A stretch of DNA of 64,000 bases, from assembly GCA_002104905.1 (NCBI GenBank), contig MCFE01000181.1, positions 77,447 through 141,446 on the forward strand, given 5' to 3'. The translations under genes and the position numbers were made by a program. The notes under the pieces were generated by a model. That model saw only the letters and a list, made by a program, of their open reading frames with translations, was not told the origin of the DNA and did no database searches. Shown one piece after another: positions 38,989-49,807 of this stretch; the first letter of the stretch is position 1; the number at the start of each line of letters is the position of its first letter. The DNA comes from Basidiobolus meristosporus CBS 931.73. Taxonomy: Eukaryota; Fungi; Basidiobolomycota.

Positions 38989-39354
38989 TGCTACAAGTCT
39001 TGGTATAAGATCTGTAGAGGAATAGGGAGTTTAGCTAGTATTGTATTCACAAAAACTTGAACTGATTTTTATTGAAGTTCCAGTAGCTCATATGCATTTT
39101 TGCCAGATCAATTGCTGACAAATTGTATTTCCTAATGTAGGTGGTGGCTGATTACTCATCTGACTGCATCATCATCTCCCAATAAGACCCTACTTGATAT
39201 ATTTATTCCTGTCTGATAAGGATCAGCTGCTTCACCTGCTGGCTAATGCTACTGATCTTATAGATAGCACTGATACACTAATAGGCTGAACATTTAACTA
39301 ATTGATTTGATCAAAAACTGATATAACTTAGACACTCAAGAATAGACCATAACA
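38989..39354 (-). repeat. 5' LTR of the old gypsy family 2 host element
   Basis: Diverged reverse-complement copy (TGCTACAAG...CATAACA), adjacent to a decayed PBS. Confidence 0.9.
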
Positions 39355-41859
39355 AGGCAGCATATTAGTTTCTTATGCAAGTGGCTACTTTGATGTTTGA
39401 ATAGGTAGCATTTTACACTACTTCAGAGTCAAGATGCATAACAACAGGTTCTGTTTCCTACTCTAAATTACTGTTTCTTTGCCAGGCTTATATGTATTTC
39501 AGTAATTGACTTTATACATTCAAGTACTTTGCTTCCAATTTGCATCAGAGTAGAAGCAGCATGATATGTGCTGCATTTGCCTTTGTGCCACAAAAATGAG
39601 ACTTCTGTGCAGGTGAAAATTTTTCCAGATAAGGTTAGCAACAAGGTTTTCTGATCATAAGAACCACCATAATGAGAATACCCCAGGAGCATAGTGACAG
39701 GCATTCAATGATTATGAATAGACTAATCTTTCCTTTTGCCCCAGTCCTCAGAATCTGCAACTGGTAAGGAATAGTACAAAGCCGCTTTGTGGCAGCAAGC
39801 GGTATAGAGGGACTTCCAGTAATTGATTGAGTAAAGATTGTGAGAACTAGCAGACTAGCTTGACTCAAAACAGCCCAAAGTGCTAAGGTTGATGAATTCA
39901 TAGCTAAACTGGTGGGGCAAAGCTGCTCCTATACTCAAGGACTAGACTCTTGGTTAATACTGGCCCTAGTCACTTAGTTAAGCTCCAAAAGCACAATGTC
40001 AGCCTTGGCAGCTGTAAACAGCATATACCTGCAAAAACTAGCTGCCAGAAAGGCATCACTTATAAACAAGGCTCCTACATGATGTGCAGATTATACAAAT
40101 TGCTGTAAGCATCTGAGTAGGCAAACATGTAATAGTGCAAGAAAGTTGACACCTAACTTCCAAAGCTTGAGTTCAATGGTAGAACTGTGGATTACAGCAT
40201 GCTAGAGCAACTGCTCAAGAACTGAGTGATTATTTTGCTATGCTATAGGATAACATTATAGCAGTTACACATTGCTGTGGGGCACTACAGCAAACAAATT
40301 TGGGCATTTTAGTCTGTGTGCAATCAAATATCTTGAATATGTGAGCTACTTTTTGTAATTGAGGTTATTAGGCATATCTATACTACAAATTGTGTTGAGA
40401 CTGTTGAGGTACATCAGGGACTCTTTTTGATGCTTGCAAATGAAAAACTGTAAGCCCAAAGCAACCTCAATCAAAAACTATTAAAAATACTCAAACCTCT
40501 CTCAATTTTTGTATAAACTTGCTCAGATTTGAACCAAAGTAATTCATATCAATCATTGATAGGTAGACTAATGTGCATAATATTATACAGATGAACATAT
40601 CCTGCAGTAGCAGTGATAGAAGTTATCCAATCTATGTAGATTACCTGATTTGACAAAACAGCACCAGGTGAGCATACTTTCAATTACTTATAAGGTGCTA
40701 CAAGTGTGGTACTGGAATAGTCTCTTGTGGCAACTAAGTGTAAGTTTGATGGCCACAGCAATGTGGATTAGTATGGAACTCTAGACACCAGATGGTTTAC
40801 TACAGCAACAGCATTTCTATATGTCTGTGCTGCTCTTACTTGGAACTATGAAGAATATCAATTATGGTGCTCTCTGCAACTGAAGCCAAGTAAAACAGCT
40901 TGTCAGGCAAAAACAAAGGCAAGTTGACTTCAAAAGCTATCAGCAGACTGGGCTGCAATCCAGAAGACACCACATATATTCAAATGGAAAAGCCATGTAG
41001 CATTTCTTCAGATAGGGATCTCATACATCACTATTGGAGAAAAGCTGAACAAAGTAGCTGAATATACTTGGCTTACTGCCCCACCAGCAAAATGGTTTCA
41101 GACAAAACTACAAGACCATCAGCTATGCCAGAACCTGGAATGCTAACTGACACCAAGAATAAGCGTTTTTTGAGACAAGTAGGAGTGATGAAATAAGGAC
41201 AAACAGGTAGACTGAGGCAGATAAAAACTCACTTGACAACTCAACACAAGTCTTAGCTACTGTAGAGCCCATTTGCCATATTAACATTGCCTATCTACTC
41301 TGCTCTATTTATTTCATATTCTGTCATATCAGCTGAATGGTTACCTGATGTAGTCACATAGATTGTTACCTATGACACTCAGAGAATTCTCACCCAATGC
41401 CTGTAGAGTATATTTGAGATGATTTCAGTGACATACCATGTCCCAGATGATGATGCTTTGTAGAGTAGTCTAAACTTGGGAAAACTGTGTGCACTTACCA
41501 AAATCTGCTATTCTTTTTACCAAATGAGGCAAGTGTGAGTGATAATCTGAATGGTCTTTACTGATATACACAGACTGCATTAAAATTATCTTAATGCTAG
41601 CAAATTATATTGAAGGATTGTTGAAACTCCATGAACTTATTACTATGCTTGCCAGTAAAGCTCAAAGCACTAATACAATCCTCCCACATGATTGTAAAGA
41701 GGGTAGGAATTTTAAAGTTGCTGACTTTATGATGACCTCATTGCAGGATCATGACAGCAGATCTACTTGGGGCTAACTGCAGTACTAGATTATTTTTCTA
41801 GTGGTTTTTATAGGTAGTTGCCAAGGAATGGGAAGCTCAGCTGAGATATAAGATGCCAA

Positions 41860-42080
41860 GTCAAACAGAGGTGGTAGAAGAACAACTTGATAGTTTTTTC
41901 ATCATGCAAAGAAATCTCACTCATGTATCCAGTTCTCTCTGATAAGGATCATCTGATTTTCTGCTGACTGATGCTATAGGCTGCATAGATAACACCAACT
42001 CACCAATGGGCTTACCATAAATAATGAATGACCTGACTAAAAGCTGAGTTAACTAATTAACCTTAGCAGTAGAACTTTGC
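41860..42080 (-). repeat. Highly eroded remnant resembling the gypsy family 2 LTR
   Basis: CTCTGATAAGGATC...GCTGACTGATGCTA...CATAGATAA...TGACTAAAA resembles 25130-25250. Boundaries are approximate. Confidence 0.45.
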
Positions 42081-43627
42081 ACCACTAAGATGAGCCTGTC
42101 ATAAGCTGGCAACAAATTCAGACTCATGACAAGATGAAATCAATGCCTTCAGAACACAATGTAAGCCCTTTGGAAAGGAGCTGTGCCTTAGATCTCATAT
42201 AAGGAAAAGCCATTGGAACCAATATTGCATTTCTAATAAGCATTAGTCAACATGTTTCATGTACTCAGTCTCTAGGTTGCCTTTGGCCAGTTCTCTACTA
42301 TATCCCTGTGTTTTAAACTTCATGCACTGAAGTATTTCCTGCATTTGCATTTGTTGGTTGGCTATGACTTTTTGTAGTCTTCCTTAACTATGAAAATAAC
42401 TTGGTTCTCCAGGGAGATTCAATCTATGGTAGCGTCAGAACCCTATAATGATGCTGCTATAGTGACAATGGTGTAGAACATTGACACTTTTAGCAGCTGT
42501 TCAGTACATTTGCAATTATATTTTGCCATAAAGGATCCCCAAATGGGTGGTAAACATGAGAGTGCTTGGATGGCCTTATGGGAGGGCTCTAGTTGCTATT
42601 TATCAGTTCTATTGGATTCTCTAATAGTTTGACAGGGCCCAATCAATTGATACATTTGATTGACTTGTACACTGAAATCTAATGATGCTTTTGCATCATT
42701 TCTGCAATCTTCTGATGTCTGTATGGACACAGGGTAAATGCCTACTGCTGGCTCTGCATAATGCCGCTACACCAGTTTAGCACAGGTACTTGATTTTTGT
42801 AGCTCCCCTAGCATCATTTGAATTTTCAACTTGGAATTGCAGCTCTTTGTAATATTATCCACCACCATTTGGCACAGATGCATTAGACTTGTTCCATCGT
42901 ACCGTGCCAGGGCGCGCGGCGCGATCCGCGGTCGCAAAGAACAATCGGGCGCGATATTATAGCTACCAGAAGGCAGGATTGTTCTTGGACAATTTTGCAC
43001 TATGCGGGACAATATTGCACACTATGGCACAATCTGATATGATGAGGTTGGCGCGGATGATCACGCCAACTAGTAATGCTTGCATCACGTGCGCAATTGG
43101 ATACCGCTATAATGGCAGGTAAAATCCGGTATTTGGATATGTTTCTTTAATGTAAATGGAAATAAATGTGTATCACACTATAAACTATAATGATACTTAC
43201 CATTTTGGTTTCCCTCACTCCAATTGGACGGTATCTCAGTGGTTAATTGGTCCAAAAGTATCCTGAAGCTGGCAGCCCCCAATTGGCTCATTGACTACTG
43301 AAAAAGCTACCTGATTTGCCATCAAATATCCCATTTTACCCATTGAGCAAGTAAATCCCTGATCCTAGTGATTGGGCAAGGTGTCATAGCTAGCACGCAA
43401 GCAATCATGTAGGTGCAAAACAGATCCAATAGCTGCACTGGTATTACAGATGACGTATATATATGCAGGGTGTTTATTTATAGGGGTTCTGTCTCAAATG
43501 TGAGACGACCTTGATATTACTTATATCAAAAATTTGATGATCACTGATTTGCGATGGCTTGATTTGGATCGCAAAAAAAAAGGGTTGTCGGGATCATTAC
43601 GGATGTGAGCGATTCAAAGCAATCGCA

Positions 43628-44869
43628 TCATCTTCTCCTGGGTTTTTTTCTCACAGGGATTACTACTGAAGCATTTGGTAGTGACTCACTTTGCACACCT
43701 ATACTACTTCCTGGCTGACTATCATCTTGGCTACTTGTGTATTCGTAGTCAGTATTTTGCCTCCTAGTTGATGAGTGCAATGCTGCAGCTTGGCCGCGCT
43801 GAATCGCTCCAACTGAACCAACTGAACCAACTGAACCGGCCTGTAGTGCCACGCGCTGACGCATTCTTTTACTTGCCAAGGGCTCCGGTGGTTGAGTCAC
43901 TTCATGTTGGTCATCATCAGTCAGTTCACCAGAAGTAACTCGCTGATGGTCAGGCAAAACAGCACGCGCAGGCACGCCTTGACGCGTTGAGATGGCCCTT
44001 GGCTGAGTTTGATGTGATGCCGCATGTTGACGCGACTTGGTCCGCTCCAATGGACTTGTGTCTAAATGAGCAGTTTGGCGAGTTCTGGTAGTTTTGCTCT
44101 GAAGCGCGCGCGTTGACTCAACGCGGGGCGTTCTGGTAAAGGGTGTTGGCATGGTCTGGACTGACGTGCGCCGGCGCGCTGTGGCTGCAAGAGATGGTAG
44201 GGAATCCAGCGAGGCGTGCTGGCGCGATCTGGACAATGTTGCTCGCGGTCTGTATTCTTCCTCCTGAAGCTCACCATCTGATTCCTCAAGGTATTCACTT
44301 ACCCTCTGTCTGATACTTTGGAGCTGTTGCCTGGATGAGTCCTGTGTATATTGCTCTTGGAAGCCACTTAGCTCTACTAATATATCACGTAGTACATTAG
44401 TCATTTGAGGCAAAAACTCATTCAAAATCTCTTTGGTTCCCAAAGTTGAGGCACGAACGGACGCGTCTGGCCCATACTGTGCAAATTGCGCGCGAAATTG
44501 TTCCCGCGCGGCTTCCTTGTCAAATCCCCTCACTCTCAGCTCATTCTTGATTTCAATACTTGTCTTGTTATATATCTTTTTACATACATCAGCTGGCATC
44601 TTGATGTAGAACTCATGCCACAGCTTTCTACTCAAATTCTTCCATCTTTGTTGACTCTCTGAGGTATCTAGTTCTGCTAGATTAATCAGTAGTGCCCAAA
44701 TATCTGTATGAAGGCTCATCATAGACACTTGGGCCATACTAAAATCATTTGGCAAGAACTCGAACGGATCCAACATTGACTTTTCTGGTCCGGACCGCGC
44801 TTGTGAGCTGGGGGATGGGTTTTGTCTGGGTTGTACTAAAGATGAGTTGAGGCTTGGTATGGGGACCAT
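43628..44869 (-). CDS. PHIS partner protein (413 aa): helical N-terminal domain, long disordered S/T/R/Q-rich tail, C-terminal basic NLS-like motif
   Basis: Uninterrupted ORF inside the TIRs. QQRWKNLSRKLWHEF is weakly reminiscent of Myb/SANT/MADF helices; ends PVRKKPRRR. Start codon and possible introns are uncertain. Confidence 0.75.
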   Translation of the reverse strand: MVPIPSLNSSLVQPRQNPSPSSQARSGPEKSMLDPFEFLPNDFSMAQVSMMSLHTDIWALLINLAELDTSESQQRWKNLSRKLWHEFYIKMPADVCKKIYNKTSIEIKNELRVRGFDKEAAREQFRAQFAQYGPDASVRASTLGTKEILNEFLPQMTNVLRDILVELSGFQEQYTQDSSRQQLQSIRQRVSEYLEESDGELQEEEYRPRATLSRSRQHASLDSLPSLAATARRRTSVQTMPTPFTRTPRVESTRALQSKTTRTRQTAHLDTSPLERTKSRQHAASHQTQPRAISTRQGVPARAVLPDHQRVTSGELTDDDQHEVTQPPEPLASKRMRQRVALQAGSVGSVGSVGAIQRGQAAALHSSTRRQNTDYEYTSSQDDSQPGSSIGVQSESLPNASVVIPVRKKPRRR

Positions 44870-45228
44870 AGCAACGGATTTGGATACTTATACAGCAGTA
44901 TATTGGCATCAACCTGGTCTTATATGAAATATATATGAAAACTAATGTGATTGTTGAATTTTCCATTTATTATGCATGATGCATCTTGGATCGCGTTGAC
45001 ACGGATCAGATCACATCAATCGCAGATTTCCTTTTTGATTATAGACCTATGATTAAAGCATCAATAAAAGTACCAAGGCATTGTATGCGGATGATTTTTG
45101 CGACATAATGATGGGATACATGGCAATTGATGGAGATTTAACCATAATGTGTTAAAAATCAGATAAATAACGCAGATTGCGCCAAATCGATTCAAACCGC
45201 CACAATACAATCATCCATCAATTTTAAT

Positions 45229-46113
45229 ATGACTTACTCATCTGAATGGTCTTTTCTCATCAATCCCATCACTACCACTGGATTTCCTTTTGACACACTG
45301 GAGGAGATCTATTCCAAGTACTGTGGACCATCAACCCCAATCTACTCAAGGAGATCCCTTGTTAAGCTTCTCTGCTATTACAAGAACTATTGCCCTACAA
45401 GGTTTCATCCCACCATCCATGGCAACAAAAGTCCTAGAAGCTTTCATTCCCAGCTGACAGCAATGGAGAACCACCTTGCAGAGGGTATGAATGACTTAGA
45501 GCAAGCTTGGAATACTAGGTTCAGAAGCTCCAATAGACTTCCATATCCCAGAGTGTTCAGCAACAGGTTCCATATCAGGAGTATTTTGGATACCTTCCCA
45601 GTGAGGATTAACAGACCTTCTAGAGGGCAGAGGCACTTTTATTCTGGCAAGTACAAGGCACACTGTGTGAAGTTTCAAGCACTGTCTGACATTGAGGGTA
45701 ACATCATCTGGTTTAGTGGGCCATTTGCTGGAAGTAGGCATGACAAAGCACTCTGGGTAGAGAATCATCCTGAATTCAGTAGAGGGGAGAAATGTATGGC
45801 AGACTTGGCCTATATAGGAGAGGATTGTCAGAGATTAGGATGTATTACAGCTTATAGGAAGCCAAGGAATGGTGTGCTTAGCAGGAAGCAGAAGCTCTAC
45901 AATGAGATATTTAATCATTTCAGAGTACGGGTAGAGCACACATTTGGATATCTGAAGAGATTCAGCATATTGGCAGGTAAATACAGAGGAAAGTCATATA
46001 TAGGAGAAAACAGCAGAATAGGTAAAATAGTTAAGATACTTATCAATGCACAGTATGTTCATACAAGAAGACATCCACTGAGAGAAATGTGTCTGGAGCA
46101 TTATGAAGAGTAA
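45229..46113 (+). CDS. DDE transposase, DDE_Tnp_4 / HARBI1 / IS5-like (294 aa)
   Basis: ILDTFPVRINRP...FYSGKYKAHCVKFQ...GPFAGSRHD...ADLAY...YNEIFNHFRVRVEHTFGYLKRF: characteristic Harbinger/ISL2-type catalytic motifs. Confidence 0.93.
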   Translation: MTYSSEWSFLINPITTTGFPFDTLEEIYSKYCGPSTPIYSRRSLVKLLCYYKNYCPTRFHPTIHGNKSPRSFHSQLTAMENHLAEGMNDLEQAWNTRFRSSNRLPYPRVFSNRFHIRSILDTFPVRINRPSRGQRHFYSGKYKAHCVKFQALSDIEGNIIWFSGPFAGSRHDKALWVENHPEFSRGEKCMADLAYIGEDCQRLGCITAYRKPRNGVLSRKQKLYNEIFNHFRVRVEHTFGYLKRFSILAGKYRGKSYIGENSRIGKIVKILINAQYVHTRRHPLREMCLEHYEE

Positions 46114-46299
46114 ATAAAGCAAGGAAAGCACTATTCTGAGCAACATAAGTAAGATTGAGTAAAATTACCAGTAACTGTATCATACCACTGGCATCATGGT
46201 AGAAATTATAGTGCCAGATAGTGCCATAGAGTGCCAGATTGATCCGGCACTATAAACCGGCTGGCACTATGTGGCACTATCCAACGGAACAAGTCTATT

Positions 46300-46900
46300 A
46301 ACTTCTTATAGCTTTTGTTCTCATTGGGATTACTTCAGTAGCACTTGGTAGTGACTCACTTTGCAAGACTTAACTACTTCCTTGTTGCCTATCCTCTTGG
46401 CTACCTGTATACTGGTAGTTCATATTTTGCCTCCTGGCTCATGAGGGCCATGCTGTAGCTTGACTGTGTCATATTTTTCCAGTGGATGTTACAGAACCAA
46501 CCCAAAGTGCTACACACTAACATGTTGTTTTACTTGCCAAATGCTCCTGGGTTGGAGGTACTTCTAGTGGGTCTGTTTTGATGAGTACTGTGGAAGTAAT
46601 TTACTGATGGTGAGATGTAAATGCACATGCAGGCATAACATGACATATTGGCATGGCCCTTTGTTGAATCCAATGTAATGCAATGTGTAAACACTATTTG
46701 GCACACTCAACAGTACATATGTCAAATTGAGCAGTTTGACAGGTTCTGGTAGTTTTGCTCAGATATGTCTGCATTGACTCAATAGGTATCAAATCAGTGG
46801 TGGCACCCTTGTCAGGGATGTTGGTTTAAGTTGGACTGGCATGCACCAGCATGCTGGCATTGCAATGCTTGGTGAGGAATCTATAAAGACATGCTGGCAC
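46300..46900 (-). pseudogene. Old, CpG-decayed copy of the 3' part of the PHIS partner gene
   Basis: Collinear with 43630-44230 (for example GGGATTACT...TTGGTAGTGACTCACTTTGCA), with CG replaced by CA/TG. End is approximate. Confidence 0.75.
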
Positions 46901-46959
46901 AATCTTGGCACAGTTGCCCATGGTACCTTATAGCTTAACAATATTTGTTGGACTGCATA

Positions 46960-49807
46960 AGCTTCTTGAGATGGGATATTACTGGAATATATTTGGAGTG
47001 TGAATAATGTTTTCCCCCAATGGTAGTGGATTCCTGACAAGGTTGACACCTTGCAATGGTGGCATTTTCTGATATGCATGCCATGCAACTGTTAACACCT
47101 GCTGGTATCAGGATGGTCTCAGGGTCATATGTTGCCAGCCATATGATGGTTTTCCATTTATACCATGTACATGGTAAGCTGCTTCCCAGGATGATTTTGG
47201 CAAGAAGTAGTAGTAAGTCCTCTTAGCCCCCATAACTGATATTAGGGGAGATGCACTACTTCTCTGGCCATAACATCACAGCATTCACCAGTATATAGAT
47301 AACTGAGCTCACTTGATTCCATAAAGTATCCTTGGCATTTTTTTCCACTGGTATTGTTGCACTATATAATGGGATTGTGCCAGGCTCATGCAAGGTACTG
47401 TTGTAAGGGAAGATAGGCTCACAACCCATCAATAAGCCTGCTTCTTCAGAGCTATCACTCTGCATGCCATATTCCAAAGGTTAGGGTGAGCCTAAAGGTG
47501 TCACCAACTCCCCTGACTCAGTTTGCACAAGGTGACAAGTACAGCCAGATGCTGCTATAGGAGTATCAAGTGGCCAGCAAGATGTTGTTAGTACAGTAGT
47601 GACTGGCAAGTGGTCAGATATAATTTGTGTGGCAAAACACTGGCCTTGATCCTTATAATAGAGCCTATGCTTTCTGCATGCCTGATTGCTGAGAGGCTTG
47701 CTACAATAGCTGCATGGTCTATTTTCTCTTCTCTTACAGCATCAAATCAAAGTAGACTTGTCCATAGGGCAAACAATTTGACACCCAATAACATAACACT
47801 ATTCTATCACTTTTTTGTCAAAACTCATGTGAGTTTAAACAGTCTTGTATATCAGACATTGCACCTACATGAATTTAGCACTCAATGATGACCTATCATG
47901 GTAAGCATTATAAACAAAATTGTGGCACTGCATACATACATATATGTAAAGCAATTTCCCATTTGGTTTGACTCACTTCCATATATATGCTGCAAAGAAA
48001 TAAAGTAAGGTTGTCTGGTTCCTAACCAAACCCTGCAGCTGACAGCAGAAGAATGGTTGAACAGCTTGCTTTGACATTCTCTGCAACATGTGAGGCTACA
48101 ACCAAAAAAGGCCCTGTGAACATTGTGCCCACCAGAGGGAATAATGCAGGCTCCTCAGGCTCCCAGTCAAGTAGGCAATTGGAAATCTCTATTGAGCTGC
48201 AAGCTGACCATATTGCCAAGGCATATGAGAATGTAGCAAAAGCAGTACCTTCAGTTGAAAACCAGCAAGTGGCCATCATAACATTGCCACCACCCATATT
48301 AGCAAGTCTATTGCCAGCTCATACCAATGCATTAATGAGGCAATTAGGTGCAGTGGCTGATAGGATAGATGCAATGGCCCACAAAAATCAGGAAATAGTC
48401 TAGAAATAAGATGAGCAGATAAATGGAGTAGAGCAATCAATATCCCAGGTTGAGAAAGCAGTATCTTTGCTGCAAAGAAGGAACTCAAGTAGCTCAACAA
48501 CATAGCCAAGAGTTGAGCCATTGCCCAATGTAACAGCAGAGGAACACTGTATAGTCTTTGAAGCACAACAACAGTGCCCAAAGATAGAGCCCACAGAAAC
48601 ACCAATCACACCTTGGGAGGGAGAAAATGTAATGTTATACAAAAGCCTAAATATCAAAAGGCATTGAAGATTTGTGAAGCTGTTAAGTACAATGATGAAG
48701 AGTGGGCTAATATCTAAGAGGCTGTTAGGAGTCTAGCCCACCAACACCTCAAGGCTGGCATACATTGGGACCATCAGGAACTCAAGGCCAAGCAGAATGT
48801 GCTTGACTTGTTCCATGTGCATTATCCTGGATTCAAATATGCCAACAGCTTTTAGGCCAGCATTGGTATGCTAAGAAAGTATCTCAAGAATGCGGAAACT
48901 ATTAACAGTAGTAGAACAAGGGTACAATGGCTAAAAGCCAATGGTGTTATGAATAGACACAAGGCAGGAGGAAAAGCTAGGCACGGCAGGAAAGGACTTA
49001 GGTGTGGACCATCAAGGCAAGGCAGGATTCAAGGCAAGGCTGTTTATTCAAGACCTGTGTTTATCAGACTGAGGAATACTTAAGGGGGGATAGGACTATA
49101 AATACTTTTGGCTATACTGATGCCGAGAGATATTAGCTAATACTAATGGGGTTGTGGGGTGTGGCACAGCAGTGGTGCTGGGGATATTGACATAGATGAC
49201 ACCGCACTGAGACAGGATGAGGAGGTGGATTGGGTCACCAGATCATGTGACTAAGTCATGTGACCTGGTCTTTCCATATATGGTACTGGACTATGAAAAA
49301 TACAATGGAAAGCTTCCATGGAATGTTCCATTGTGTAACAATGATTTGGAATGGTCAGGAACTTTCTGGAAGGTGGTAGAAGGTTCCAGAAGGAATCTCT
49401 TAGAAATTGAGCTAGGGAGCTGAAACTTGGCATGGGTGTTCATGGTTGTCATGTGATCATGACAAATGGCTTCCTCTAGAGCCTGTTACAAGCAGGGCCA
49501 AAAGCTCTTAACAAGCAACAAAGAGGCCTCTTAATAGGTGCACCAAGAGGTTGCAGCACTTCTTCAAGGGCAGTGCTCAAGAAAAGGCACTTGAATGCTG
49601 CAGGATTCATTAGACTGGGAACCAATTAAAAGCCACTAATTTATCTTTGAGATGGAAAATTTGACCAAGTTTTTTGTGAAATCTGGGGTGCAATTACTTT
49701 TCAATGATCTCTGAATGGTGTCCCAACATGATCAGTACCTCTTAGACATGGGACTTTGAATTTGTGATGTCCTTTTTACAGGATCATGGCAATAATTTTT
49801 CACAGGG
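46960..49807 (-). mobile_element. CACTA-like copy F (transposase 5' part on minus, deleted partner on plus, right terminus present)
   Basis: 46960-47880 matches the transposase N-terminal region; 47990-49560 matches the partner; terminus ...TTTTTCACAGGG ends at 49807. Confidence 0.8.
48945..49464. repeat. Solo LTR (520 bp), 5-bp TSD AATGG
   Basis: TGTTATGA...TCATGACA termini; AATGG at 48940-48944 and 49465-49469; the host partner gene resumes afterwards. Confidence 0.88.

Larger units (their letters stand above)
24627..39354 (-). mobile_element. Old Ty3/gypsy family 2 element (3' end lost) hosting three nested insertions
   Basis: 5' LTR at 38989-39354, then decayed gag (33590-33895, 33299-33490), protease/RT (32533-32736, 31817-32068, 31276-31605), RNase H (30794-31318) and integrase (30109-30333, 29847-30052), continuing at 24909 down to about 24627. 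Confidence 0.88.
42885..46296 (+). mobile_element. PIF/Harbinger-related (PHIS) DNA transposon, apparently intact, two divergent ORFs, TSD ATT
   Basis: 11-bp TIR AGACTTGTTCC / GGAACAAGTCT; ATT at 42882-42884 and 46297-46299; subterminal GCACTAT/ATAGTGC repeats; DDE transposase plus a second ORF. Confidence 0.9.

Noticed and set aside
42200-42420. Weak gag-like reading on the minus strand (QQMQMQEILQCMKFK...)
   Set aside because: The similarity to gypsy-2 gag is too slight to support without an alignment score.
43120-43440. Possible third gene or spliced exon in the PHIS element (GTAAGT-like donor on minus near 43200; CpG-poor block)
   Set aside because: All frames I read contain stops and no motif was recognisable; it needs transcript data.
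46200-46285. Short GGCACTAT/ATAGTGCC repeats resembling a spacer array
   Set aside because: They are irregularly spaced and in both orientations next to a TIR, as expected for subterminal transposase-binding motifs. There is no repeat-spacer periodicity and no cas genes.
48945-49464. 520-bp solo LTR as another member (or counterexample) of the CG-targeting gypsy lineage
   Set aside because: It has different termini (TGTTATGA/TCATGACA) and a 5-bp TSD (AATGG); only short motifs are shared, so I treat it as a separate family. If it proves to be the same lineage it would weaken the CG-target claim.
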